Under the pieces are notes generated by a model, which saw only the letters and a list, made by a program, of their open reading frames with translations, had not been told where the DNA came from and searched no databases. A DNA stretch of 62,068 bases, filler included, from Candidatus Woesearchaeota archaeon (GTDB lineage: Archaea > Nanobdellota > Nanobdellia > Woesearchaeales > BM511): NCBI GenBank assembly GCA_023266675.1. It is 5 parts of 5 records of this genome, joined end to end, with 100 filler letters (N's around TTAATTAATTAA, not from the genome) between each part and the next. Parts side by side here need not be neighbours in the genome. Positions count along the whole stretch, not along the records: positions 1 to 21,924 come from JAHFPP010000015.1; positions 22,025 to 43,458 come from JAHFPP010000016.1; 3 more parts are not named here. One strand, given 5' to 3'. Of the stretch, positions 19,301-29,108 are shown piece by piece. The number at the start of each line of letters is the position of its first letter. Position 1 is the first letter of the stretch. The translations under genes were made by a program, and so were the position numbers.

Positions 19301-21923
19301 AAACGCTTTTGGATGAGTCCGTATTATGATAATACAGGTCAGATTGATGAACTGTAGTTCCTGTATAGTTAAATTGTGTCATGCTTGTGAAATAATTCTC
19401 TAAAGTCTGTGATGCTGATTTTGGCGCTTGCGAATATTTGCAAATGGCATTGCCTATTGTTTTTGCATCAAGAACTATGTGTATCCTTTTGTCTGCAAAA
19501 CTTGTTTGGTTGACAAGTCCGTAAGTTACAAGTTTAGGACTGACATTGGAAACACTGTCATCGGCATCAATATGAAATCTAGACATATTTACTGAATTTA
19601 TATTGCCTGCTGTGTCAATGCAAGGGTAGTGCAGTTCGTAATCGCCGTCAGGAAGTGCTATGTAATTTATGTAAAACCTATTCCTATTGTCAGGGATTTT
19701 GTCTGTTAATATCATTGATCCGACTGGAGGTGTTTGAATCACACCTGATTTTACTTCTGAAAGCCAAAATGAACACGTTGCGCTTTCTGTTTCATTTAAT
19801 GTGACTGTGAAATTAATGTCAGTTACATATTCAAAATCATTATTAACTGCGATTTCATAAGAATAGTTTTTGACTGCTAGGTTTACATTTGGGTCCTGAC
19901 TGTCAACTTTTATTGTGGTATTTTTTAATGTTTCATAGTTGTCATTATCATCTTCAGAGAAATAACAGAATGTGTACTTGCCTGTGTTGTTTTCTCCAAA
20001 ATCCGTAACCATGTTTTTGTAGATTAATGTTTCTGACATCTTGCCGCTAGTTAATAGTAGAGTATTGTTGTTTGAAATATTTTTGGAAGACAATGATATT
20101 GAAGGATAGCATGCTTCACCAGGCCTTGTTATGTTAAAGTAAAAGTATCTTGGAAGATTATTTGAAGAATCCTCATTGCTGACTGTTATTGGCAGACTTA
20201 AATCTTTTTTTAGTGGAGGACCAAGTGGATTATATGTTATTGTTGATGTTGGTGAAGTAAAGTCTCTTTCACAATCAAAAATAGCTGTGCCTGTTTTAGT
20301 TTGACAATCCGGTTTTTTATCCCAATTTCCATCTTTAAAGCAGATATTAGTGCTTGAATCTCTGCAGTATGTAAAATTCAATTTATCTTTGCTTAATACA
20401 GTATGATTATTGTTTCCACTTAATGGAGTATTGTTTACTAAATTCCAAATAGTATTGATATTTGAATCAACTCCTCCTTTACAGTCGTTTGATGACATGT
20501 AATATTCACACGTCATTTCATTCTTGTTAAGACACCCGTTTGGTACGCCAGAACCTCTGAAATAGCAGTCTTTTCCGTACAAGTCGCATAATGATGCATC
20601 GCATCCGCCGTAAAACTTATTTTCTGATGATGGAGAATTGCACTTGTTGCAGTTTTGGCTTAAAACATCTTTTGGCCTGCATACTCCTATTCCGAGTTCG
20701 CCGAACTTTGTTGAGTTTAACCACTCGCATGATTTTTGATTTGGCTGTGGACTGTTTTCATTGCACTTGTTTTCATTGCATGAATATTCTGATTTGTAAT
20801 CATAGCATGAGTCAACTGCAGAGCATTCATAGTATTTGTCAACTGATGTTGGTGTGTAGTCAACAAAGCATGTTAATAATTGGCTGCAGTGACCTTCATT
20901 TGATATTTGTGAATCAAGCGAAGAAAACATCCAGAATGGTCCATTGCAAAGCTCGCATGCACTTTGGGAAACACATCGTGTATTTCCTGGAGAATCTATA
21001 CATGTTTTATTAAATGAGGTACAATTTCCGTTAGCGCCATCTGATTGTGTTGTAGGCAACTTTTTGCCATTTTCACATTTCATCACTTGATTGTCTAAAC
21101 TGCAGAAATAATCATTTGGTGAATTTTCACAATCAGGCGTTATTTTATTAAAACACACAATGTTTGAAGTGAATTTATTTGCACCGTAAACAGCTGCAAC
21201 AGAATAACATTCAGTTAAAGTTGTTTTTAGTTGAGATATTGACGTTGTTAAAGGAGTTTGTAATGATACAGGTGTTGATGGCATGCATGGTGCACCTGTT
21301 AAACCTACACATTTGTTAAGCTCATAAGAAGTTGGATTGCAAGCATTGTCAACACCCCAGTTTAGGTATATGTTTAATGAGTCTGATTGGTTTGAAAGTA
21401 TAGGCTGTTTATGTGTATTGTCGCATGCATCAGCTGCGCATTTGCATGTTGCAAAATTGCATTTTGGAGTTGAACCTGTGCATTGTGCTTGATTAGATGC
21501 GGCTCCAACATCACACTGTTCACCTTTGTCTGTTTGTACTTTAAAGTTTCCGCAGTCAGTTACAGTTCTGCATCTGCATTCTCCTGCAAATCCTGGATGA
21601 ATGCACTGTGCAGCATCAGAGCATAATGAACCTGGAACTAGTTGAGTATTGCCGCTTCCTGCTGCAAAATCACAGTCTTCATTTGTGTCTTTATTACCGT
21701 CTCCGCATGTAGGAACAGTGTTTATGCATTTGCATGTATATGGGTCGCACGCACTACTTACGCATTGAGCTGCATGCTCCGGCGGACTTGCACCTGTATC
21801 AGGTACGTAAGAGTTAATGACTTGAGGGTCGCATTGTTCTTGTGCTGTTATTTTTGCGTCGCCGCAGCTTGTTTTTACGCATCTGCAATCAACACATGTT
21901 TCACTTGACTGGCACGTTGAAGA
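16323..21923 (-). CDS. giant Cys-rich/Ig-like surface adhesin, 5'-truncated by contig end (>1860 aa)
   Basis: Frame stays open from 21284 to 21923 (translated by hand), adding CGDAKITAQEQCD, CGDGNKDTNEDCD and CGNFKVQTDKGEQCD repeats; many DxAGN/DxTPP Ig modules downstream. Confidence 0.85.
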   Translation of the reverse strand, partial: SSTCQSSETCVDCRCVKTSCGDAKITAQEQCDPQVINSYVPDTGASPPEHAAQCVSSACDPYTCKCINTVPTCGDGNKDTNEDCDFAAGSGNTQLVPGSLCSDAAQCIHPGFAGECRCRTVTDCGNFKVQTDKGEQCDVGAASNQAQCTGSTPKCNFATCKCAADACDNTHKQPILSNQSDSLNIYLNWGVDNACNPTSYELNKCVGLTGAPCMPSTPVSLQTPLTTSISQLKTTLTECYSVAAVYGANKFTSNIVCFNKITPDCENSPNDYFCSLDNQVMKCENGKKLPTTQSDGANGNCTSFNKTCIDSPGNTRCVSQSACELCNGPFWMFSSLDSQISNEGHCSQLLTCFVDYTPTSVDKYYECSAVDSCYDYKSEYSCNENKCNENSPQPNQKSCEWLNSTKFGELGIGVCRPKDVLSQNCNKCNSPSSENKFYGGCDASLCDLYGKDCYFRGSGVPNGCLNKNEMTCEYYMSSNDCKGGVDSNINTIWNLVNNTPLSGNNNHTVLSKDKLNFTYCRDSSTNICFKDGNWDKKPDCQTKTGTAIFDCERDFTSPTSTITYNPLGPPLKKDLSLPITVSNEDSSNNLPRYFYFNITRPGEACYPSISLSSKNISNNNTLLLTSGKMSETLIYKNMVTDFGENNTGKYTFCYFSEDDNDNYETLKNTTIKVDSQDPNVNLAVKNYSYEIAVNNDFEYVTDINFTVTLNETESATCSFWLSEVKSGVIQTPPVGSMILTDKIPDNRNRFYINYIALPDGDYELHYPCIDTAGNINSVNMSRFHIDADDSVSNVSPKLVTYGLVNQTSFADKRIHIVLDAKTIGNAICKYSQAPKSASQTLENYFTSMTQFNYTGTTVHQSDLYYHNTDSSKSVSARIGINNIYIKCNYTDKNKVFGNNGDVAIFAIDYTAPTTKLVDSNGNDFNLKTDNNGWYNSISELQGLYIKCIDAPLLFGSTDLSAGCDTINYSINLNSANPTLVDSNSKIPFTSLIPVNSNLTHIYFNGKDKLGNVENSIKDKVVKFDKDPFTYEFRIYTADGEEVRTVSSNMVYTVEINTIKNPLYNSGIPGYTISLDAGANVLGFKVIKVDGSKETIMFDPLTLTIRPDGHITAHLLIDHDVQSGTNIGQFFISSTDSHGIKSSGISAGFETFSIDNTPPTIPVFDPTFENGNLPTLKGSYPDIFNSLTTTGGSVVYYTNDKNMLITGRSRENMINFYNNSLTPFNNYARTQNAAIKETNPAPYHVFRDITKGESILTFQGDVRRYFPVGNYTSIAGKERENYTHYREYYSITSSSYDSGTSKTSVTVSPPIEKDITLSDTINVYNKPYPYDWFGARLNLLPGRSTFYAESVNKMGKTARTNDYSIYFDNNPPVIQTGTLPSDGTQTGNNMTSIVINFYDSGAGILTSDINFTVDNQPITAYTLYSTYTQTYADTGNDIYTYKLNYTPTQATQFSKGNHVVSLKLKDLARNKASTNFSFYVDPNMPSEPDFSFTGLNRSENYAEDGINAWFINSPLAFTINYFDVSINITSITLFKENYTNGVKTSPPLSIDAADCTRAASTLNSFNCVFKNPVSNLINLNDEDYTLQISAVKNLNTTPPTGIAWRRFVIDKTPPSFNITYNPRIKSDVNITFVVNIFNKEKKLKALINFDNSGKIALRPENGTSSFSLEPYKYNWQVASRTSATYSFIFYLKDLAGNENSNPYSITIDNELPNLIVTNITTFKVYISPNRQISTVEIESSLNSLTTVVNDTDVRFRGVSMNIRGNVSSDVQSLLLTKVDSNNIASGALPLISSCKNIPNLTATQSWGCFENGNFAVFNYPINGPNNQEIPYYLLFNVTDQAKNTAYYTVLLVSDLLAPTNGTITITE

Positions 21924-21924
21924 A

Positions 21925-22024
21925 NNNNNNNNNNNNNNNNNNNNNNNNNNNNNNNNNNNNNNNNNNNNTTAATTAATTAANNNNNNNNNNNNNNNNNNNN
22001 NNNNNNNNNNNNNNNNNNNNNNNN
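21925..22024. other. artificial contig linker
   Basis: 100 nt of Ns around TTAATTAATTAA (stops in all six frames). Confidence 0.97.
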
Positions 22025-22025
22025 A

Positions 22026-22594
22026 ACATCTACTACTACAGGTTCTTCATCGTCAGGTTCTGCTTCTCAGTTTGAGCCTATTAGTATAATTGATGATGGT
22101 ATACTTTGCTTAGTCAGGATTCAAGTTTAAATAATGCTTTTGTTTTAAGTAAAAATAAGACATATACAGTTTTAGTATCTAAACCTTCTACAGGCATGGA
22201 TAATATTAAGGCGTTTAATTGGGTTATAAAGGATGATTATCATGTTGTTTACAATTTATATATGAACTATGAGCCTCAGACAACATTGATTAATAAGTAT
22301 AAAGTTATAGAATTAAATACGGCGTCAGGTTTTGATGATGACAAAGCTTATACTGTGCATATAGAAGTTCATACAATTGATGATAAAGTATTATCATTAT
22401 CAGATAAGACTATTTATTTCAAAAAATCCTCAGGTGTTGCTTTAGGTGGCGATTGTGGACCAGCGAGTGGAAGCACGACAAAAGGAACTTGTCAAATTCA
22501 GGATTGCTCTGATTTTACTAAAGATATTTCTAGCAAGATTACTGATTCTAATACAAAATGTTCTGGTGCTAGTCCTCATTGTTGTTTAGCTTAG
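22026..22594 (+). CDS. C-terminal fragment of a secreted protein ending in a six-Cys module; probable 1-nt frameshift near 22105
   Basis: Ser/Thr linker TSTTTGSSSSGSASQFEP in the 22026 frame joins the 22106 frame if one T is added; ends CGP..GTCQIQDC..C..HCCLA. Confidence 0.65.
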
Positions 22595-22601
22595 AATAAT
22601 T

Positions 22602-23108
22602 TTACTTTTTATAATATTCACCAACACTTTTACCATGTTTAATTGTTTCAACTTCTTTTGGTGTTGCTTCTATTTCTTTTTTTTGTATTCTAGAAAGTGC
22701 TTCTTCAGATAGTAGAATAATACTTTGATAATCATTCTTCTTGTAAGCTGCGTTGGCTTCATCAATATACTTTTGTGCTGAAGAATAATTGTATCTAGGA
22801 TGTTGTCGTATCAGTTCGTCGATGTTTTGGTTTTGTTGTGGAGGATTAGGATTTACGTTTACATATGAGTTTCCTTTGTTGTCTATTGATACTCCTCCTA
22901 TTGAGTTTGTAAGTTTTCCATCTTGAGTTATACTTAATCCGTTACCTATACTTATGGTGTAATTTGGAGAATTTTGTTGTTTTGGAGGTTCAGCGCTTGC
23001 TAGTCCTATGTATCCTGCTGTTAATAATCCTATTGTTGTGTATAATGTGTTTTTTAGAGATTTAGCTAAGTAGGATTCTTGCACTTTTTGGTCTATTGAG
23101 TCAGTCAT
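22602..23108 (-). CDS. hypothetical exported protein with TPR-like C-terminal helices
   Basis: Hydrophobic N-segment; AQKYIDEANAAYKKNDYQS. Confidence 0.6.
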   Translation of the reverse strand: MTDSIDQKVQESYLAKSLKNTLYTTIGLLTAGYIGLASAEPPKQQNSPNYTISIGNGLSITQDGKLTNSIGGVSIDNKGNSYVNVNPNPPQQNQNIDELIRQHPRYNYSSAQKYIDEANAAYKKNDYQSIILLSEEALSRIQKKEIEATPKEVETIKHGKSVGEYYKK

Positions 23109-23287
23109 ACGCTTATATGAGCTGTTTTAGTATATAAATCTTTCTATTGTTATTACTATGATGTGACTAATATGTCTTTTTTGAGGCTGGTTATCCTGAT
23201 AAGAATATTGATTGTAAAATAAACTAATACTTAATTTTTTTAGTTTAGAATTATGTTTAACTAAAATATATTAGAAAAATTAATATT

Positions 23288-23575
23288 TTATCCCTGATGC
23301 AGTTTATCATCTTTGCCGCAGTATGGGCATTTTAAAGCTGTTACACCGTATGGGTCGAATCTGAATTTGTAACCGCATCGACCACATGTATAAGGGTCTT
23401 TTTCGCTTTTCACAACTTTATGAGGGGTTATCTTATCCATCACAGTTGATTTTGAACGACATTTTGAGCATAAAGCCATACGTGTTCCGTCGCCTTTGGC
23501 AACATACTTTATGTCTGTGACTAAAGATGGTCTTCTGCATCTGTCGCAAAGCATATCTTGAACGTCTTCTATCAT
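23288..23575 (-). CDS. double zinc-ribbon protein
   Basis: CDRC, CSKC, CGRC, CPYC; GAGGT SD. Confidence 0.75.
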   Translation of the reverse strand: MIEDVQDMLCDRCRRPSLVTDIKYVAKGDGTRMALCSKCRSKSTVMDKITPHKVVKSEKDPYTCGRCGYKFRFDPYGVTALKCPYCGKDDKLHQG

Positions 23576-23817
23576 ATGAATCTACCTCTGTTACTACTTA
23601 ATAAAACTTAAGAATTCTCTTTAGTATATAAAAATATTGTTTTTTTGTACTAATCTATATATTAAGATATATTTCCCGCTATTATATCTATATTATCTAA
23701 TATATATTTCATAATACAATAATATTTATATATTGCAATAGATTATGTAACTACTAAACAATAACTATTATGTTATTTTCAATGTAAAAAATATTAAACC
23801 TCGGGGGTTAAATAAAA

Positions 23818-25197
23818 ATGAAATCAATAAAAAATATGATAAGAATTCCTTTTTATATAATTATATCTCTTTTACTAATAACCTTTGTAAATGCAGATTT
23901 TACAGTAGATTCGCAAGCTAATCTTGGAAGCACAACCCAGGAAAGGGGAAGTGCTACAAGTACAACAATCACAGTAACAAACACTGATGCAGCAAATGCA
24001 CTTACAGCAGTCAATGGTGTTTTTACAACCACACTTTCAGGTTACTCAAACTCTGACTTCAACGTAACGCTAAGCGGGTCAACAACACCAATATCAGTTC
24101 TGGCTTCAGGCTCAGCAACATTGACAGTACAGGGAAAAGTTCCTTTAAAATTTGACTCAAAAAATCAGCAAATAGGAAATTTAGTAATCTCAGGAGTATC
24201 ATCCGGAACAACATACCAAAAAACTGTTCCAGTATATATGAATGCAATATCAAAACTTAAAATAACAAAAGTCGAACTTGACATAAACGGAGACTCAAAC
24301 AGTGTTAGTGACGGCAAAACAATAAAAGTCAAAAGAGGCGACAAATTAGAAGTAAGCGTAAAAGTTGAAAGCCTTTTCCCATCATCAGGAAATATTGACA
24401 TATCAGACATAACTGTAACAGCAGACAATAATGACCTTGATGTCAACGAAGAAGATACAATAGGTACATTATCGCCACGTGATGATGATACAGCACTCAT
24501 ATCATTCGACGTCCCAGAAGACGCAGATGACAGCAAAGACACACTTGCAATAACTGTTGAAGGAACAGATGATAATAATGCGGTTCACACAGTAGATTAT
24601 GAATTTTACCTTGATGTTCAGGTTGACAGGTATGACTTAAAAGTAAATAAGATCTCACCTCCAATTTCAGGAATCTGCCCGGGGCAAACAGCAAATATAA
24701 ATGTAGAGATAGAAAATTCAGGGGTAAGAGACCTTGATTACGCGCAGTTATACATAACAGTTGATGACTTATCATTCACCAAAAAAATATCAGACATCGT
24801 AATTGACAACGGCGACACAAAAACGGTTTCAGCTTCAGTGCTTGTTCCTAGTGACGCAAAACCTGGAAATTACATAGTAAGCGTCAAACCATATTACGAC
24901 AGGTCTAGCGACTCACTAAAAAATGAAGAATCAGAAAATTTTGTTGTAAAGGATTGCAGCAAAACTTCAACACCAACAGCTACAATAGGTGCTAATCCTT
25001 CAGCATCAGGATTTCAGATAACAAGTACTCCAGACGTCCCATCAAACGCAGTATTTGCAACACCTGTTACAAAAAAAGCAACAACCACAGGTTTATTTGG
25101 AAACACTGACAACGTCGTTTTAATACTTATTTTTACAAATGTATTAATACTAATAATTTTAGTAACCGTATTATTTGTAGGAAAAAGATTTTATTAA
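23818..25197 (+). CDS. cell-surface protein with CARDB/Ig-like domains and C-terminal TM anchor (S-layer-associated type)
   Basis: Signal peptide, VKRGDKLEVSVKV, IENSG, VPSDAKPGNY, Ser/Thr linker, C-terminal TM. Confidence 0.8.
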   Translation: MKSIKNMIRIPFYIIISLLLITFVNADFTVDSQANLGSTTQERGSATSTTITVTNTDAANALTAVNGVFTTTLSGYSNSDFNVTLSGSTTPISVLASGSATLTVQGKVPLKFDSKNQQIGNLVISGVSSGTTYQKTVPVYMNAISKLKITKVELDINGDSNSVSDGKTIKVKRGDKLEVSVKVESLFPSSGNIDISDITVTADNNDLDVNEEDTIGTLSPRDDDTALISFDVPEDADDSKDTLAITVEGTDDNNAVHTVDYEFYLDVQVDRYDLKVNKISPPISGICPGQTANINVEIENSGVRDLDYAQLYITVDDLSFTKKISDIVIDNGDTKTVSASVLVPSDAKPGNYIVSVKPYYDRSSDSLKNEESENFVVKDCSKTSTPTATIGANPSASGFQITSTPDVPSNAVFATPVTKKATTTGLFGNTDNVVLILIFTNVLILIILVTVLFVGKRFY

Positions 25198-25233
25198 TTT
25201 TTTTATTTTCATTATTTCTTTTCTTACGTTGAT

Positions 25234-25746
25234 ATGATAATGACACAAATAATAACATCTACGCGTAATCCTGAACAAAACTTAGAGCGACATTTAGCTA
25301 AAACCCTCTCATATATCGCACAAAAAGCCATAGATGGTATTACGACAGATTATACAGAAAACCAGAAACATGTTCTTGCTCAAACACTTTCTTCAGAAAA
25401 CTTGTTTACTTTACTAATAAATTCTTACTCTTCATTTGTAAAAGAAGATGCACAGATTACCGGGTTTGGGTTACTTGGAAGAAACAGCGAAAAATGCTGT
25501 GAATTGTATAGTTTATATGTTTTAGGTCAGTCACGAGGAAAAGGATCCTTGATTCTTTCTGATATGATAAACAAATCAAAGAGAATGGGTGCAGAGTCAA
25601 TAAAGGTTGAGTCATTTAATACCCGCCAAGCACTTTCATTTTATGCAAAACACGGATTTAAGGCTACGGGTCGCGATGTATATAACCATAATGGTGTATT
25701 AATTAAGTGCGTCCATATGAACTTAGACTTATCAAATTTACATTAA
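25234..25746 (+). CDS. GNAT-family N-acetyltransferase
   Basis: LYSLYV..SRGKGSLIL, ALSFYAKHGF. Confidence 0.8.
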   Translation: MIMTQIITSTRNPEQNLERHLAKTLSYIAQKAIDGITTDYTENQKHVLAQTLSSENLFTLLINSYSSFVKEDAQITGFGLLGRNSEKCCELYSLYVLGQSRGKGSLILSDMINKSKRMGAESIKVESFNTRQALSFYAKHGFKATGRDVYNHNGVLIKCVHMNLDLSNLH

Positions 25747-26298
25747 CCTATAGAACTTCTTTGTTTTTATTTCGTTCTGCTTCATTTTCTTATTTGCCTC
25801 AAAAATCAGAAATTTAAGATATTCATCGCTAACAATAAGTTTTCCGTTTTTGCAGATTGGAGCTTCAAGCTTTTCAGTGCTGCAAATCTCAACAATAATT
25901 CGTTTACTTGTTGCCATTATTCCGCTTCGCTTAAAACCTACAAATTTTGCCTTATCCACAATCTTTTGCGCTGATTCAATATCCTTGCATGCAATATGCA
26001 AAATAAGCCCTTCCTGCCTAAAATAAACAGTTTCTTTAGGAAACTTAGTTAAAGGTAATTCAGAGAACTTAATCTTCTTATGTGAACTAAAAAGCCATTT
26101 TGAAAGATCTTTACGATTCTTTTTTGGAATTGTGATTAGAACGATTCTTCCTGCACAACTGGAAGTTGTGTAATATTCTAAAAGCGAGTTTATTTTGTCA
26201 ATTAGAAAAATTATCTCTTTGTCAACAGTTGTTTTTTTAGACTTATCAGGTTTGTATAACTTATCCATATAAACCTTCTTTTCATTATCAAACACCAT
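25738..26298 (-). CDS. taw3: tRNA wyosine methyltransferase Taw3/TYW3
   Basis: DKS, YYTTSSCAGRI, LILHIAC, GFKRSGI, STEKLEAP; start moved to ATG 26298. Confidence 0.92.
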   Translation of the reverse strand: MVFDNEKKVYMDKLYKPDKSKKTTVDKEIIFLIDKINSLLEYYTTSSCAGRIVLITIPKKNRKDLSKWLFSSHKKIKFSELPLTKFPKETVYFRQEGLILHIACKDIESAQKIVDKAKFVGFKRSGIMATSKRIIVEICSTEKLEAPICKNGKLIVSDEYLKFLIFEANKKMKQNEIKTKKFYRLM

Positions 26299-26395
26299 TC
26301 TTTCTGTTTTTATAAGTTTATTTAAAAAAGTATCTGACAACTCTTACCACTTACTAATGAAAAACGTTATATATAGTTATTTCATTCTTTAACAA

Positions 26396-26782
26396 ATGGA
26401 GCTTAAACAAGGAGTATTATGGGTATTAATCGCAGTTGGAATATCTGTATCAGTATTCTCAGAACATTACAGAGGAGTACTTGGCGACACTGTCTCACTT
26501 TTAACAGTTCTTCTTGTGCCAATATTTTTTATTATCCTTGCATTAATGTTTGTTACCGGCACAAAAGTCTTTAGTTTTCCTGGAATAAAAACGGCAATTA
26601 ATCTGTTAATTGTACTCATGCTTATTGGCGGGGTTTCAGCTACATTGGGTAATGACGTTGCTCAACAGATATCCGGTAACAGCGTACGCGCAACAGATTC
26701 ACTTTTTCAAACTGACTTTTTAACTGCAACATTATTTGTTGCTTTGGGACTCTCTTTTTTCTTTGTAGTATTGAAACGATAG
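26396..26782 (+). CDS. membrane protein
   Basis: 128 aa with about 4 TM segments. Confidence 0.65.
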   Translation: MELKQGVLWVLIAVGISVSVFSEHYRGVLGDTVSLLTVLLVPIFFIILALMFVTGTKVFSFPGIKTAINLLIVLMLIGGVSATLGNDVAQQISGNSVRATDSLFQTDFLTATLFVALGLSFFFVVLKR

Positions 26783-26846
26783 CTTAGAAAAATTAAAAGA
26801 TTAAAAAGAAATAACATAAAAAATTATAAAAAAATAAAACAACTGT

Positions 26847-28034
26847 TTATTTAAATCCTGCTTCTTTTCGTAAAACAGCCACTTTGTCTGTTTTTTCCCA
26901 CGTAAAGTCTGGGTCGCTTCGACCAAAATGTCCATACGCAGCAGTTTTCTGATAAATTGGCCTTTTCAGGTTTAAATGTTTAATCAAGTCAGCTGGTTTT
27001 ATTGGGAAATGCTTTCTGATAAGCGCTTCAATCTTCTCTTCAGGTATTTTATTCGTATCGTAAGTGTTTACGTTAATTGATACGGGTTCCGCGACACCAA
27101 TTGCGTATGCAAGCTGCACAAGGCACTTCTCTGCAAGGCCTGCCGCAACTATGTTTTTTGCAATGTATCGTCCAGCATAAGCTGCAGACCTATCCACTTT
27201 TGAAGGGTCTTTTCCTGAGAATGCTCCACCACCATGAGCGCCGTGCCCACCATAGGTGTCTACAATTATCTTTCGTCCTGTAAGACCCGCATCTCCAACT
27301 GGTCCTCCAATTACGAATTTCCCTGTCGGATTAATAAAATATTTTGTGTTCGCGTCAACCCATTTCCCGCAAACAGGTTTTATTATCTTCTCAATCATGT
27401 CTTTTCTAATCTGGTCATGCGTTACATCAGGGTTGTGCTGTGTAGATATGACAACGGCGTCAATCCTTTTTGGGCGTCCGTCAACATATTCAACTGTAAC
27501 CTGGCTTTTTCCGTCAGGCCTTAAATATGCTATCTCTTTCTTCTTTCTGGCTGACGCAAGTTTTTCTGTTAATCTTTGCGCCATCTGAATTGACAGCGGC
27601 ATTAGTTCTGGTGTCTCGTTTACTGCGTATCCAAACATCATACCCTGGTCGCCAGCTCCCTGTTCTTTTCCATCTTTTCCTTCAGCAGATTTGGCATCAA
27701 CACCTTGCGATATATCCGGTGATTGTCCTGAGATTGCTGATAATACCCCGCATGTTTCTCCTTCAAAACCAAAAGACGGGTCGTCATAACCTATCCCTTT
27801 TACTGTTCGTCTTACAATTTCCTGAACATCAACATACGTGTTTGTTGTGACTTCGCCGCCAACAATTACAAATCCGGTCTTTACCATTGTTTCAATTGCA
27901 ACTCTTGCATTCGGGTCGTCTTTTATTATTGCGTCAAGAAGCGCATCTGATATCTGGTCGCACATCTTATCCGGGTGACCTTCTGTAACTGATTCACTTG
28001 TAAAAAAATAATTTTTCCCTTTCATAATATTCAT
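26847..28034 (-). CDS. metK: S-adenosylmethionine synthetase, bacterial/eukaryotic type
   Basis: [28 protein letters not shown] signatures. Confidence 0.97.
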   Translation of the reverse strand: MNIMKGKNYFFTSESVTEGHPDKMCDQISDALLDAIIKDDPNARVAIETMVKTGFVIVGGEVTTNTYVDVQEIVRRTVKGIGYDDPSFGFEGETCGVLSAISGQSPDISQGVDAKSAEGKDGKEQGAGDQGMMFGYAVNETPELMPLSIQMAQRLTEKLASARKKKEIAYLRPDGKSQVTVEYVDGRPKRIDAVVISTQHNPDVTHDQIRKDMIEKIIKPVCGKWVDANTKYFINPTGKFVIGGPVGDAGLTGRKIIVDTYGGHGAHGGGAFSGKDPSKVDRSAAYAGRYIAKNIVAAGLAEKCLVQLAYAIGVAEPVSINVNTYDTNKIPEEKIEALIRKHFPIKPADLIKHLNLKRPIYQKTAAYGHFGRSDPDFTWEKTDKVAVLRKEAGFK

Positions 28035-28317
28035 TCCCCCAATATTTTTTTATTAATGTTTTTAAATTGATAATTTATAAAACATGTGTTTAATATATAG
28101 AAAATTTATCTAATAATTTTCTATCTTCAATAACTTGTTTAAGTTATTGATATATAAATAATCTTGAAAGAAATATTCGTATTGGAATAATTTTGCAATA
28201 TTAATTGTTCAATAATTTGATTATTATATAATCAAAAAGAATTATAACCTGCTATTTCAACTCTCTACCGCAACGTATTTAAAGAAAATCAAAGTTTTAA
28301 AAAATATGTTTAAATAT

Positions 28318-28389
<72 letters not shown>

Positions 28390-28400
28390 TTTAATATTAT

Positions 28401-28655
28401 CTATGTCTGATAAATATCTCTAACCTCCTTAATTGGATTGTCGTGTCTCCAATGCTGATCTATGCCCATTATATGGTACAACTCATTAGAATGTGGATCA
28501 TACATCAATCTTTCTTTTCCATCTGTAAAAAAGAGGCATCCGTGAACGTTTTCAAGGTGTTGAAAACCATTGCACCTTAGATCAAGCTCTAATTTGCTAG
28601 GTATTTCATATCTTCCTATCTTTATACTTGGAACTTCTGTGCCATTAACATTCAT
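28401..28655 (-). CDS. hypothetical protein
   Basis: 84-aa ORF, no motif. Confidence 0.5.
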   Translation of the reverse strand: MNVNGTEVPSIKIGRYEIPSKLELDLRCNGFQHLENVHGCLFFTDGKERLMYDPHSNELYHIMGIDQHWRHDNPIKEVRDIYQT

Positions 28656-28737
28656 TTTAAACCACTTTATAATAGTAAATATCCCTGTTTATTTATAAAG
28701 ATTATTATGCTGAAAAATATAAGAAAAATTAAAAAAA

Positions 28738-29031
28738 TTATTTATTTAGCTGACAGACTATCACGCACTGCATCGTGCAAACTTGTGCTTTTGAGTCGTT
28801 TCTGCATGCTGACGCACACTCGTTAAACTTTCCGCCAAGTGAACTGCAGTCTTTCTCAGATATTCCTTCGCATTCTTTTGAGTTTTCAAGCCATTTTCCG
28901 CTTAAACTTTTGCATTGCTGCTGCGCATCTCCAAAATCCGCTGAAGGCCCGTCCAGGACTTTTGTTTTTGAGCAACCAGCGAAAACTGCAAGGCAAACAA
29001 TTGCCAATATCAATATCATTTTCTTATACAT
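28738..29031 (-). CDS. small Cys-rich lipoprotein
   Basis: Start moved to ATG 29031 (GGTGA SD); lipobox VFAGC; two CxSLxGK modules and CTMQC. Confidence 0.75.
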   Translation of the reverse strand: MYKKMILILAIVCLAVFAGCSKTKVLDGPSADFGDAQQQCKSLSGKWLENSKECEGISEKDCSSLGGKFNECASACRNDSKAQVCTMQCVIVCQLNK

Positions 29032-29108
29032 ATTATTATCACCAATATTCTTTAAAGAATGGATATATATAATCTTATTTATAACTTCAAACAGGCTTGA
29101 AGTCAAAC

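Noticed and set aside
21969..21980. TTAATTAATTAA palindrome repeated four times
   Set aside because: Artificial six-frame-stop linker inside N runs; the ORF-track ends at 49763 and 55951 are artefacts of it
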